From: an uncultured Bacteroidales bacterium
GTDB taxonomy: Bacteria; Bacteroidota; Bacteroidia; Bacteroidales; B18-G4
Direction of reading: 5' to 3'
Assembly: GCA_964508895.1 (NCBI GenBank)
Contig: CAZDWF010000002.1
Coordinates: forward strand, 2,645 to 66,644
DNA length: 64,000 nt
In this document: in pieces, positions 1-10,582 of the stretch
Numbering within the stretch: the first letter of the stretch is position 1
How the letters are laid out: every line of letters begins with the position of its first letter
The notes under the pieces: generated by a model
The model's input: only the letters and a program-made list of their open reading frames with translations
What the model was told of the DNA's origin: nothing
Database searches by the model: none
Program-made: the position numbers and the translations under genes

Positions 1-1
1 T

Positions 2-3000
2 CTTTCAGTGGTTTCTTTGTTGCTGATCTCTGGATATCTGGCCTCATTGATCAGGTTTGAAGAGGATGTTTTCAGGATGGTGCCCCAGGGCAAAGATTCA
101 AGGGACCTGGAAATTGCATTTAAGAATACCAGCCTGATGGATAAGCTGGTCGTACGCTTTTACCAAAAAGATACTCATGCTGAACCAAATCCTGGATTAT
201 TAATAGATGCAGCCGACGACTTTGTTAATGAGCTCAACAGGTCTTTTGATAGTTTATACATCAAAAGCATTTTGTATAAGCTGGACGCAAGCGACATGGA
301 TGAAGTATATGATGAATTCTACCACAACCTCCCTTTATACCTTGAGGAATCAGATTATAAGAGGCTCGACACCATCACTTTAGAAGAGAATATCGTGGCA
401 AAACTTCAGGATAATTATAATTTGCTGATCTCTCCGGCAGGAATAAGCATGAAGAAATTCCTGGTAAAAGATCCTCTTGGCATTGCCGGAAGTGCATTGA
501 AAAAGCTTGAAACCTTACAGCTTGATGATAACTATTCCCTATATAAAGATTGCATAATTACCCATGATAAAAAGAATTTGCTTGTACTGATAAGTTCTGC
601 CAATCCGTCCAGTGAAACTTTGCTGAATTCAGAATTAATTGATGGTGTCACCAGAATTTCTGATAGTATTAATGCAAGATACACCGAGGCGGGAGTTGAA
701 CATTTCGGAGCCGTGGCTGTTGCCGTTGCCAATGCAAAGCAGGTAAAAAGAGATGTGTTGCTTACCGTTGGTGCTGCTTTTCTGCTGGTTCTTTTGATAA
801 TGACACTGTATTTCAGGCAAAAAAGAATGTTGCTGGTCCTGATCATCCCTGTAGTCTTCGGAGGAAGTATCGCCCTTGCAGTTATCTTCCTGGCAAAAAC
901 CATGATCTCTGCTATTGCCCTGGGAGTGGGATCGGTTCTCGTTGGCATATCCATTGATTATGCCTTGCATTTTTTTACCCACTACCAAAATACAGGTTCT
1001 GCTGAGAAAGTTCTCAAAGATGTTTCATCACCTGTTATTTACAGCGCTTTAACAACAGCTGCAGCCTTCTTCTGCCTTAGCTTTGTTAACTCCTATGCCT
1101 TGAGGGATATGGGCTGGTTTGCAGGATTAAGCGTGATCTTTGCAGCACTGGCTTCTTTGCTTATCTTACCACAACTCGTAAAAGCCAAAAAGAAAAAAAC
1201 CTTACTTCCTTTTATTTCCAGCTTTGCCTCCTATCCTTTTCATAAAAAGAAATACCTTAAGTGGCTGATAATAACTCTGGCTATAGTATCATTGTTCTTT
1301 TTCAGACATGTTGAGTTTGAGGGAGACCTGGAAGATATGTCGTATATGACCGAGGAATTGATTACAGCACAGGAAAATCTGAACGCTATTAGTACTGCTT
1401 CCCTGAGGACTATCTACCTCATTAATATGGCCGATGATCTTGAATCAGCTATACAGATGAATGAACAACTTGGCAATACAATAAGTGGGCTGAAAGAGAA
1501 AGGATTGGTGCAAAGTTATGTGTTGCCATCCGAGTTGCTGATATCTGATTCACTCCGGATTGTTAAAATTGAAAGATGGGAGAAATTCTGGAAATCCAGG
1601 AAGGAGAAGGTTGTTAAAACGATAAAAAGTGAAGCCGGAAAGTATAAATTCAGAGATGGAACCTTTGATCAGTTTGCAACACTCTTGTCTGTTGAGGGAG
1701 AAAGCTGGGATCAGAACGAAAAGATGATCATCGATAGATTTCTCTCTGATTATGTCACAAGCAATGATTCTCTTACACTGATAGTTACACCCGTAAAGGT
1801 AAATCTTGAAGATAAAGAAGCTGTTCATAAAGTATTGAATGGGGTTTCGGATATTGTGATCATCGACAAACAATATATTGCCAGGAAATTTGTAAATACT
1901 TTAAAAGAGGATTTCAACCTTTTGGTGATAATTTCCTTAATTGTTGTCTTTATTATATTACTTATCGTTTTTGGCCGTTTTGAACTTGCTGCCATTACTT
2001 ATATTCCTATGCTGATATCCTGGGTTATTACCCTGGGGGTCATGGCAATGTTTGGTATAAAATTTACTATTTTCAACATCATCATTTCAACTTTTATTTT
2101 CGGGTTAGGGATAGATTACAGCATATTCATCACCCGCGGAATGATGCAGAAATTAAAGTTCAATGAAGACAACCTGAATTCATACAAGACCTCCATTTTT
2201 CTTTCTGCTCTGACAACTATTTCAGGAATTGGTGTATTGATCTTTGCAAAACATCCTGCTTTGCAGTCCATGGCAGTGGTTTCAATCATTGGCATTCTCA
2301 CTGTATTGCTTGTTGCTTACACTATACAGCCCGGATTATATAACTGGTTGATGTATACCAAAGGCCGGAAGAGATTCGCTCCTATCGTACTGATGGACTT
2401 TGTCTTCTCAATGGTTTGTATTATTGTTTTTGTTTCAGGAATATTAATAGTGACAGTCCTGGGGGTACTATTATTATTTCTTACTCCTCTTTCAAAGAAA
2501 AAGGCCAGATATCTGTATCATTATCTGATCAAGCTGGCCTGCTGGTTTCAATTATACGTGGAACTTAATATTAAAAAGACCTTTGTTGGCTTTACCAAAG
2601 AGAAATTCAGAACTCCTTCGGTAATTATAGGAAACCACGAATCCCATGTAGATATTTTATTGATACTCCTATTGTATCCGAAAGTCATTGTGCTGACAAA
2701 TGAAAAAGTACATAAAAGAATTTATGGTGCTCTGGTTAAAATGGCCGACTTTTATCCCATCACTTCTGATGGCATTGATGCTACCATTGGAAAAATTGAA
2801 GAAAGAGTAAAAGAAGGATATTCCATACTTGTATTTCCTGAAGGTACCAGATCCTATGACACTACCATACATCGTTTCCACAGAGGAGCATTTTATATCG
2901 CAGAGAAGCTAAAGCTTGATATTCTCCCGGTGATCTTTCATGGTATAGGTGATTGCCTGAAAAGGAGCGAGCTGTTTTTAAGAGGCGGACATATGACTGT

Positions 3001-3784
3001 TAAAATTCTTGACAGGATTCCCATAACAGATACTGCCTATGGTGCTGATTACAGGGAGCGTACAAAGAAATTCAGACAGTATATAATTGGTGAGTATAAA
3101 AAAGTTGCTGCTGAATATGGAGATGTAAAATATTACAGGAGAAACATCCTGAAGAATTATGTTTTTCGTGGTGCTATACTGGAATGGTATCTTAGGGTGA
3201 AACTCAGGATGGAAGACAATTATAAATTATATGATAAATATACTCCCAAATCAGGATTGATAACAGATATGGGTTGTGGTTATGGGTTTATATCTTATAT
3301 GTTATCATTTTTGTCAGCAGAAAGACAAATCATCGGTATTGATTATGACGAAGAAAAGATAGAAGTTGCAAATAATGCCTTCTATAAAAATGATAAACTG
3401 GACTTTATACATGATGATATTACCAAAGCAGAAATTAAAGCATCCGATGCATTTCTTTTTGGTGATGTACTGCATTACATACCGGAGAATGACCAAAAGC
3501 TATTGCTTGATAAATGCATCAGCAAATTAAATGTCGGGGGTGTGATAATCATAAGAGAGGGTGATAAAGATCTCGAAAAAGAACACAAAGGAACACGTCT
3601 CTCAGAATACCTTTCTACAAGAATTGTTAAGTTTAACAAAACCAACGAGACAGATAAGCTGTATTTTCTAAACCGGGAAATGATAAAAGGAATTGCTGAT
3701 GAGTATGGCTTGGAAATGATAGTTGTTGACAGTGCGAAGCTAACATCAAATATAATGATGGTACTGAGGAAGAAAGAATTATGA
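2..3784 (+). CDS. Trifunctional MMPL-family exporter / PlsC-type lysophospholipid acyltransferase / class I SAM methyltransferase (5' end runs off the window)
   Basis: Frame is open to the window start. Two blocks of hydrophobic helices (about aa 240-400 and 640-800) fit MMPL/RND-like exporters. PlsC motifs GNHESHVD (HX4D) and FPEGTRS are present, as is SAM-MTase motif I DMGCGYGF. This fusion is known in Bacteroidota flexirubin/aryl-polyene-type loci. Confidence 0.8.
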   Translation, partial: LSVVSLLLISGYLASLIRFEEDVFRMVPQGKDSRDLEIAFKNTSLMDKLVVRFYQKDTHAEPNPGLLIDAADDFVNELNRSFDSLYIKSILYKLDASDMDEVYDEFYHNLPLYLEESDYKRLDTITLEENIVAKLQDNYNLLISPAGISMKKFLVKDPLGIAGSALKKLETLQLDDNYSLYKDCIITHDKKNLLVLISSANPSSETLLNSELIDGVTRISDSINARYTEAGVEHFGAVAVAVANAKQVKRDVLLTVGAAFLLVLLIMTLYFRQKRMLLVLIIPVVFGGSIALAVIFLAKTMISAIALGVGSVLVGISIDYALHFFTHYQNTGSAEKVLKDVSSPVIYSALTTAAAFFCLSFVNSYALRDMGWFAGLSVIFAALASLLILPQLVKAKKKKTLLPFISSFASYPFHKKKYLKWLIITLAIVSLFFFRHVEFEGDLEDMSYMTEELITAQENLNAISTASLRTIYLINMADDLESAIQMNEQLGNTISGLKEKGLVQSYVLPSELLISDSLRIVKIERWEKFWKSRKEKVVKTIKSEAGKYKFRDGTFDQFATLLSVEGESWDQNEKMIIDRFLSDYVTSNDSLTLIVTPVKVNLEDKEAVHKVLNGVSDIVIIDKQYIARKFVNTLKEDFNLLVIISLIVVFIILLIVFGRFELAAITYIPMLISWVITLGVMAMFGIKFTIFNIIISTFIFGLGIDYSIFITRGMMQKLKFNEDNLNSYKTSIFLSALTTISGIGVLIFAKHPALQSMAVVSIIGILTVLLVAYTIQPGLYNWLMYTKGRKRFAPIVLMDFVFSMVCIIVFVSGILIVTVLGVLLLFLTPLSKKKARYLYHYLIKLACWFQLYVELNIKKTFVGFTKEKFRTPSVIIGNHESHVDILLILLLYPKVIVLTNEKVHKRIYGALVKMADFYPITSDGIDATIGKIEERVKEGYSILVFPEGTRSYDTTIHRFHRGAFYIAEKLKLDILPVIFHGIGDCLKRSELFLRGGHMTVKILDRIPITDTAYGADYRERTKKFRQYIIGEYKKVAAEYGDVKYYRRNILKNYVFRGAILEWYLRVKLRMEDNYKLYDKYTPKSGLITDMGCGYGFISYMLSFLSAERQIIGIDYDEEKIEVANNAFYKNDKLDFIHDDITKAEIKASDAFLFGDVLHYIPENDQKLLLDKCISKLNVGGVIIIREGDKDLEKEHKGTRLSEYLSTRIVKFNKTNETDKLYFLNREMIKGIADEYGLEMIVVDSAKLTSNIMMVLRKKEL

Positions 3785-5274
3785 AATATGATTTTATAAT
3801 CATCGGAAGTGGACTGGGAGGCCTGCTAACCGGCCTCATCCTGAGTAAGGAAGGCTACAATGTTTGTGTCCTGGAAAAGAATGCAAGGATTGGAGGTTGC
3901 CTGCAGTCATTTAAACGCAATGGAGCAATTTTCAATACAGGATTAAATTATACAGAATCGCTTCTCGACGGACAAATTATGAACCAGTACTTTGAGTATT
4001 TTGGTATCAGGGATAAGCTCAATCTGAAGCGGATGGATATAGATGCTTTTGAGAAAATCACATTTAATGATGACCCAATAGAGTATAAATATGCCCAGGG
4101 AACAGAACGGTTTATTGAAAACATGGTAGAGCAATTCCCACAGGAAAGGAGAAATATTGTCAATTACATGAATGAGCTTGAAAAACTATCAAACTCATTT
4201 CCATTATATAATCTGGATATTAAAACTGAGTCAAGCATACTGAATGAATATTATTATAAAGACACAGCTGCTTTTATAAATTCTATTACGACTAACCAAA
4301 AACTCAGGAATGTCCTTGTTGGAACCAGTCCTCTATATGCCGGAGTGCCTGATAAAACACCTTTGTATATTCATGGCCTGATAGTCTATTCTTTTATTCA
4401 AAGTGCCTGGCGAGTGGTTGATGGTAGTTCTTTAATGGCTGAAACCATTGCTGATGAGATTGTTTCTAATGGTGGCACAGTAATGAAAAGTTCAGAAGTA
4501 ATTTCAATAAATACAGATAATAGAAAGGTTAATGCAATTGAATTAAATAGTGGTGAAAAAATTGAGGCCAGGACTTTTATTTCGGCTATCCATCCTGAAG
4601 TTACTTTAAACTTGATCGACGATAAAACTGCATACAATGCTTTTCGCAAAAGAATAAACTCCCTGGAGAATACTTCAGGAATGTTCACCTTATATGCAGT
4701 GATGAAAGATGGATCTTTCCCATATATTAATCATAACCATTATCATTATGCGGTGGATAATGTATGGGATGCTGTTTCATATACATCAAAAGAATGGCCT
4801 CCTTATTACCTTCTTTATACACCTGCTGTTTCTGGCAATTCTGAATATTCCAAAGCTGTAATTGTAATCACATATATGCATTATGATGAAGTAAAAAAGT
4901 GGAGCAACACAAAAGTTGGCAGGAGAGGCGAGGAGTATGAAGATTTTAAAAGAAGAAAAGCAGAACAACTTATTGGAAAAGTAGAAGAAAAATATTCAGG
5001 ATTTTCAGCATCCATTGATAAGTATTACTCATCTACGCCCTTGACATACCGTGATTATACAGCAACTATTGATGGTTCATCTTATGGAATTATGAAGGAT
5101 TACAGGAATCCGATGAAATCACTTATATTGCCAAAATCAAAGTTTCCGAATTTATATTTTACAGGGCAAAATTTGAATCTGCACGGGATTTTGGGTGTGA
5201 CAGTAAATGCTGTTATGACTTGCTCAGAGTTTCTGGGAATAGATAATCTTTTGAATAAAATAAAGAATTACTAA
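3781..5274 (+). CDS. NAD(P)/FAD-dependent oxidoreductase, phytoene-desaturase (CrtI)-like
   Basis: N-terminal dinucleotide-binding motif DFIIIGSGLGGL...LEKN. C-terminal FTGQN..HGILG pattern. ATGA overlap with the upstream gene. Confidence 0.75.
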   Translation: MKYDFIIIGSGLGGLLTGLILSKEGYNVCVLEKNARIGGCLQSFKRNGAIFNTGLNYTESLLDGQIMNQYFEYFGIRDKLNLKRMDIDAFEKITFNDDPIEYKYAQGTERFIENMVEQFPQERRNIVNYMNELEKLSNSFPLYNLDIKTESSILNEYYYKDTAAFINSITTNQKLRNVLVGTSPLYAGVPDKTPLYIHGLIVYSFIQSAWRVVDGSSLMAETIADEIVSNGGTVMKSSEVISINTDNRKVNAIELNSGEKIEARTFISAIHPEVTLNLIDDKTAYNAFRKRINSLENTSGMFTLYAVMKDGSFPYINHNHYHYAVDNVWDAVSYTSKEWPPYYLLYTPAVSGNSEYSKAVIVITYMHYDEVKKWSNTKVGRRGEEYEDFKRRKAEQLIGKVEEKYSGFSASIDKYYSSTPLTYRDYTATIDGSSYGIMKDYRNPMKSLILPKSKFPNLYFTGQNLNLHGILGVTVNAVMTCSEFLGIDNLLNKIKNY

Positions 5275-5283
5275 ATTCATAAT

Positions 5284-6789
5284 ATGATTAAGCAGGAAAG
5301 ATACGATGTGGTTATTGCCGGGAGCGGACTGGGTGGATTGTTAAGCGGACTTTTTTTAAGCAAGATAGGTTATCATGTATTGGTACTGGAAAAGAATAGT
5401 CAGATTGGGGGTTGTCTTCAGACTTTTGTAAGGAAAGGAAAAGTATTTGATACAGGCATGCACTATGTTGGTAGCATGGAGAAGGGCCAGTCCCTTAATA
5501 AGATCTTTAGCTATGCCGGAATTATAGATGATATCAAGATGCAAAGGCTCGACATGGACTGCTTTGATAAAATTATTTATGGCGGAAAGGAATATAAATA
5601 TGCTCAGGGCTTCGATAGATTTACTGATACAATGCATGAATATTTCCCTGATAATAAAGATGACGTTAGCAGGTATGTTGCAGAAATGCAGGAATTGGTA
5701 AGTTTTATTGATCTCTTCAATTTGAGACCGTTTACATCAGTGTCATATATTGACAACCCTAGTTCATTAATGCCTGTTGATGAAAAAATTAGTCAGGTGA
5801 CGTCAAATAAAACACTCCGGAGTGTTCTCTCAGGAATGAATGGGCTTTATGCCGGAGCTCCGGGTATAACCCCGTATTATGTACATGCCTTGATTAATAA
5901 TTTTTTTATAAATAGTGCCTGGCGACTCATAAATGGTGGTGAGCAAATTGCAGAATTATTGCGTGAAAAAATTGTTGAAAATGGAGGAGAAGTGATTGCA
6001 AAAAAAGAGGTGAAAGAATTTGTAGTCTCAAATGACCTGATAGATTATGTAGAGCTTGCAGATGAAACCAGGGTATTTGGGAAATATTTTATATCAAATA
6101 TCCATCCTGCTAAAACCTTATCAATGATTAAGGGTAATAGCATACGTAAAGCTTATATTAATAGAATAAATAGCCTTGAGAATACTATAGGGATGTTTGT
6201 TGTTTATGCTGATCTTAAAGAAAACAGCTTTCCTAATATTAATCATAATGTCTACTACTTTAATGGAGAAGATGTTTGGGGCACCCGTGATTATTATAAG
6301 AAGATGTGGCCTGATGGCTTTATGATGTATACTCCGAATCGGGGAAATATGGGTGACCATGCCCAGACTGCTATTGTAATCACATATATGAAATATGAAG
6401 AATTAGCAAAATGGGAAAATACCTGGATCGAACATAGAGGAGATGATTACCGTGAATTTAAAAAAATAAAAGCTGAGAAACTCATAAAACTGGTTGATAG
6501 TGTTTATCCGGGATTTAAAAAATCGATTCATAAGTATTATACTTCAACACCATTAACATATCGCGATTATACAGCCACACAGGATGGTTCATGTTATGGC
6601 ATTATGAAGAGTTGCAAGAATTTTCCATCTACAATAATTCATCCAAAAACGCGCATTAATAATTTGTTTTTCACAGGACAAAACATGAGTTTGCATGGAA
6701 TTCTTGGAGTTAGCTTTGGTTCTGTAGTAACTTGCATGTCGATACCGGGAAATGAAAATCTGATCACTAATATTAATAATGTACATTAA
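5284..6789 (+). CDS. NAD(P)/FAD-dependent oxidoreductase, CrtI-like (paralogue of 3781-5274)
   Basis: DVVIAGSGLGGL Rossmann motif. Shares YTSTPLTYRDYTAT and FTGQN motifs with the upstream paralogue. Confidence 0.75.
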   Translation: MIKQERYDVVIAGSGLGGLLSGLFLSKIGYHVLVLEKNSQIGGCLQTFVRKGKVFDTGMHYVGSMEKGQSLNKIFSYAGIIDDIKMQRLDMDCFDKIIYGGKEYKYAQGFDRFTDTMHEYFPDNKDDVSRYVAEMQELVSFIDLFNLRPFTSVSYIDNPSSLMPVDEKISQVTSNKTLRSVLSGMNGLYAGAPGITPYYVHALINNFFINSAWRLINGGEQIAELLREKIVENGGEVIAKKEVKEFVVSNDLIDYVELADETRVFGKYFISNIHPAKTLSMIKGNSIRKAYINRINSLENTIGMFVVYADLKENSFPNINHNVYYFNGEDVWGTRDYYKKMWPDGFMMYTPNRGNMGDHAQTAIVITYMKYEELAKWENTWIEHRGDDYREFKKIKAEKLIKLVDSVYPGFKKSIHKYYTSTPLTYRDYTATQDGSCYGIMKSCKNFPSTIIHPKTRINNLFFTGQNMSLHGILGVSFGSVVTCMSIPGNENLITNINNVH

Positions 6790-8458
6790 AGTTGTATTAA
6801 AAATATTAAAGTATTTCTTTATTGGGTTATTTGTAATCCTTTTAGGCTTGTTTGTTTACTTCCTGATAGCTGTTCAGCTTTCAGAGCCTGAGATTGAAAA
6901 TACTACAGCTGTGCAAATTCCTGTACAAAATATTTCAGAAGATTTTATTATATGCGGAAAAGGTCGTTTGCAACATAATGAATACGGCTTATGGGAGCTC
7001 TACCTTGAAGGCAATGCTTTTGAATTAGGTGTTATAAATGGAAAACTAAGCAAAGACCTGATTAATAAACAGGAAGTAGCTTTTGTGAATCAAATCAATA
7101 AAATGATACCTTCAAAGAGCTATTTGAAATTCCTGAAATATTTTATCGCCTTTTTTAACCGTAAGCTGGATAATAATATCGATGAGCAATATTTACAGGA
7201 GATCTATGGTGTTTCATTGTCTGCATCTGACAAATTTGAGTTCATTGGCAATAATTACCGTAGATTATTAAACTATCATGGAGCCCATGATATAGGCCAT
7301 GCATTGCAAAACATGAATCTTGTTGGTTGTACTGCGTTTGCTTTCTGGGGTGGAAAATCCAAAGATGGCAGGATGATGATCGGCAGAAATTTTGACTTCC
7401 ATGCCGGGGATGAGTTTGCTGAAAATAAGATAGTTTGCTTTATAAAACCTGATAATGGTTACAGATTTATGATGATCACCTGGGGTGGTATGATAGGTGT
7501 TGTTTCAGGAATGAATATGCAGGGACTTACGGTTACACTGAATGCTGCTAAATCAGATATGCCATTGAATACGGCTACTCCTGTATCAATTCTTGCCAGA
7601 GAAATATTGCAATATGCCTCAAATATTGAAGAAGCTTATGAAATTGCTCAGTCAAGGAATACATTTGTCTCCGAAGCATTTTTGGTTAGCTCTGTAAAAG
7701 ATGATAAAGCAGTTGTAATTGAGAAATCCCCTGATGTTACTTCCATTTATGAATCCGACACCAATTATCTTATACTGACAAACCATTTTCAAAGTGATGC
7801 ATTTAAAAACTCGGAGCTAACAAGGGAAAATATTGAAATGACCTCCACCATGTACAGGTATAATAGGGTTAAGCAACTTATGGAGCTATACCCTGAACTG
7901 GATGTTTCGTCTGTAGCAGAAATATTAAGAGATCAAAAAAGTGTTGATGATAAAAATATTGGAATGGGAAATGAAAAGGCTATTAATCAACTTATTGCTC
8001 ATCATTCAGTTATCTTTAAACCGGAAGAAAAGCTTGTATGGATTAATACAGGCCCCTGGCAAATGGGTGAGTACGTATGCTATGATCTGGATAGTGTATT
8101 TGTAAAATTTCCTGCATTACATGATACGGCAATACTATTTGAGAAAGATCTAACCTTGCCTTCAGACAGTTTCTATTACAGTAGTAATTATCAGGATTTT
8201 ATAAGGTATAAAAAATATTACGGATTGATTCAGGATAAGATAAGGAAGGAGCAGGATACTGTTTTCAATGATGCAGAGATGATAAAAGCAAATCCACTGT
8301 TCTTTGCAACCTACGATGCCCTTGGTAATTGGTATGATTATAAAAATGATTATAGAAAAGCAGAGTACTATTACCTGCAAGCTCTTAAGAGAGATATTCC
8401 GACAATATATGAAAGAGATGCAATTAAAGATAAACTTGAAAAGGTGAAAGATGAGTAA
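6779..8458 (+). CDS. C45-family peptidase / acyl-CoA:6-APA acyltransferase-like Ntn hydrolase with N-terminal TM helix
   Basis: Hydrophobic N-terminus. Core motifs GCTAFAFWG, GRNFDF and GMNMQGL are typical of the C45/IAT family. Helical TPR-like C-terminus. Start overlaps the upstream gene. Confidence 0.6.
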   Translation: MYIKVVLKILKYFFIGLFVILLGLFVYFLIAVQLSEPEIENTTAVQIPVQNISEDFIICGKGRLQHNEYGLWELYLEGNAFELGVINGKLSKDLINKQEVAFVNQINKMIPSKSYLKFLKYFIAFFNRKLDNNIDEQYLQEIYGVSLSASDKFEFIGNNYRRLLNYHGAHDIGHALQNMNLVGCTAFAFWGGKSKDGRMMIGRNFDFHAGDEFAENKIVCFIKPDNGYRFMMITWGGMIGVVSGMNMQGLTVTLNAAKSDMPLNTATPVSILAREILQYASNIEEAYEIAQSRNTFVSEAFLVSSVKDDKAVVIEKSPDVTSIYESDTNYLILTNHFQSDAFKNSELTRENIEMTSTMYRYNRVKQLMELYPELDVSSVAEILRDQKSVDDKNIGMGNEKAINQLIAHHSVIFKPEEKLVWINTGPWQMGEYVCYDLDSVFVKFPALHDTAILFEKDLTLPSDSFYYSSNYQDFIRYKKYYGLIQDKIRKEQDTVFNDAEMIKANPLFFATYDALGNWYDYKNDYRKAEYYYLQALKRDIPTIYERDAIKDKLEKVKDE

Positions 8459-9746
8459 TATGTTTCCAAAAATTGAATATCAGAGTCGTGATAACATCTC
8501 TGATTATCAAAATGAAAGATTGCCGGAGTTTTTAAGCTATTTGCAAAATAATTCAACATTTTATAAAAAGCATTTCAGGAAATATAAAGTTGATATTTTG
8601 AAAATAAAAAGTATTTCAGATCTTTCTATAATTCCTGCTACTACTAAAGATGATCTGTATAAGTTTAATCAGGATTTTATTTGCGTGCCAGCTGAAAAAA
8701 TCATAGATATTGTTACAACTTCAGGAACACTGGGTGATCCGGTTACTTTTGTGATGACAGACAAAGACCTTGATAGGCTAGCATACAATGAATACGTTTC
8801 CTTCTTATGTGCCGGAGGCAGTAAAGATGATATTTACCAGCTGATGACTACTATCGACAGAAGGTTTATGGCAGGATTGGCATATTTCCTGGGCGCAAGG
8901 AAACTTGGTGCAGGTATTGTTCGCGTAGGAAATGGCATGCCTGAGCTGCAATGGGATACTATAAACAGAGTAAAACCAAATTCATTTATTACAGTTCCTT
9001 CATTTTTACTTAAGCTGATTGAATGGGCAGAGGAAAATGGAATAGATTATAAATCTGCTTCTGTTGAAAAGGCCATTTGTATTGGTGAACCCTTGAGAAA
9101 CCCGGATTTTTCGTTGACAACACTTGGAGAAAAGATCAAAGAAAAATGGGATATTAAACTATACTCAACTTATGCATCAACTGAGATGGCGACCGCATTC
9201 ACTGAATGTGAATATGCATGTGGTGGTCACCATCATCCTGAATTGATTATCGTTGAATTTCTTGATGAAAATGACAATCCTGTTAAAGAAGGAGAGGCCG
9301 GTGAAGTTACAATCACTACTTTGGGTGTGGAAGGTATACCTTTATTAAGGTTTAAAACAGGAGATATTTGCTATCACTTTAACGACCCATGTAAATGTGG
9401 TAGAACAACAATGAGGTTAGGACCTGTCATAGGACGTATGAAACAAATGATCAAGTTTAAAGGTACTACTCTTTACCCCCCTGCATTGTACGATATATTG
9501 GATAATATTCCGGAAATCCGCCATTATGTTGTGGAAGTTTATACTAATGATATAGGAACTGATGAGATAATGATCCGTATTGATACTAAAGAAATGAGTG
9601 CTGATTTTGAAAAAAGACTTAAGGACCATTTCAGGGCAAAATTGCGCGTGGCACCAGTAATCAGCTTTGAAAGTCAGAAAGATATTGAAAAGATAAAGTT
9701 CCCTGAAGAAAATAGAAAAGCTATTAGCTTTATTGATAGAAGGTAG
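8451..9746 (+). CDS. Phenylacetate-CoA ligase-like adenylate-forming enzyme (PaaK / coenzyme F390 synthetase family), copy A
   Basis: Motifs TTSGTLGDP, YASTE, FKTGD and KFKGT. About 430 aa. Start overlaps the stop of the C45-like gene. Confidence 0.8.
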   Translation: MSNMFPKIEYQSRDNISDYQNERLPEFLSYLQNNSTFYKKHFRKYKVDILKIKSISDLSIIPATTKDDLYKFNQDFICVPAEKIIDIVTTSGTLGDPVTFVMTDKDLDRLAYNEYVSFLCAGGSKDDIYQLMTTIDRRFMAGLAYFLGARKLGAGIVRVGNGMPELQWDTINRVKPNSFITVPSFLLKLIEWAEENGIDYKSASVEKAICIGEPLRNPDFSLTTLGEKIKEKWDIKLYSTYASTEMATAFTECEYACGGHHHPELIIVEFLDENDNPVKEGEAGEVTITTLGVEGIPLLRFKTGDICYHFNDPCKCGRTTMRLGPVIGRMKQMIKFKGTTLYPPALYDILDNIPEIRHYVVEVYTNDIGTDEIMIRIDTKEMSADFEKRLKDHFRAKLRVAPVISFESQKDIEKIKFPEENRKAISFIDRR

Positions 9747-9785
9747 TGTTTAGCCATTAGTGTTTAGTAATATTATTGATTATAT
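9744..9785. repeat. Heptad array TAGNNNN
   Basis: Units: tagtgtt tagccat tagtgtt tagtaat attattg attatat. The first TAG is the ligase stop codon. Confidence 0.75.
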
Positions 9786-9905
9786 TTGATCTGGTATTTT
9801 GTTGATCATTTATTAATTCTATAAGCACTCAATAATAATAGATTATTAGCTCACTGCCAATACCCCAATAACTATCTGTTAAAATCGAACATAAACATCA
9901 ATATT

Positions 9906-10529
9906 ATGAAAAAATTAATTCTAATTCTCGCTTTGGTACTTTATTTTGCACCAACAGCTTTCAGTCAAAATGTGACAAATATATTTAACTTAAGCAGCTG
10001 TACCTGGTACGGACTGGATTTTTCAAAGGTCAAACTGATAGGTTCTGAAGGATTTAATGATACCCAGGCCATCAAAGATCAGTTTTTTAGTTCCTGGAAT
10101 TACCTGGTACTTAATGAACCTGAAAAATATAACATCGGAAAAGCTTTTAATAAACAAAATGTAGATTATTACCTCGATGTTATTAATGAAAGGAACAAGT
10201 TGCCTGAGATAGATGATCTGGTTACAGCTGACAATAATTACAGTATTTCTGAGGATGAAGTGAAATCAATAATTAGTGAGTATAGATCTGAGGGTAAATC
10301 AGGTATGGGAATAGTTTTCATTATGGAATCCTTTAATAAATATATAGAGGAAGGGACCATGTGGGTTACTTTTTTTGATATAGAAAGCAGAAAGGTTTTA
10401 TTTGCTGATAAACTTTCAGGAAAAGCAGGTGGCTTTGGTTTCAGGAATTATTGGGCTAAAACATATTATAATGTAATAAAGGAAGTTGAGAAAAAGAAAT
10501 ACAAACAGTGGAGAAAGCAATTTGAGTAA
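9906..10529 (+). CDS. Secreted hypothetical protein, copy A
   Basis: Signal peptide MKKLILILALVLYFAPTAFSQ. No recognisable catalytic motif. Confidence 0.6.
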   Translation: MKKLILILALVLYFAPTAFSQNVTNIFNLSSCTWYGLDFSKVKLIGSEGFNDTQAIKDQFFSSWNYLVLNEPEKYNIGKAFNKQNVDYYLDVINERNKLPEIDDLVTADNNYSISEDEVKSIISEYRSEGKSGMGIVFIMESFNKYIEEGTMWVTFFDIESRKVLFADKLSGKAGGFGFRNYWAKTYYNVIKEVEKKKYKQWRKQFE

Positions 10530-10534
10530 AAAAG

Positions 10535-10570
10535 AAAAGGCTGTCTTGAAATAAATCAGGACAGCCTTTT
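10535..10570. terminator. Bidirectional hairpin between convergent genes
   Basis: Sequence aaaaggctgtc-ttgaaataaatca-ggacagcctttt. A/T runs flank it on both sides. Confidence 0.6.
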
Positions 10571-10582
10571 TATTACTATTCT

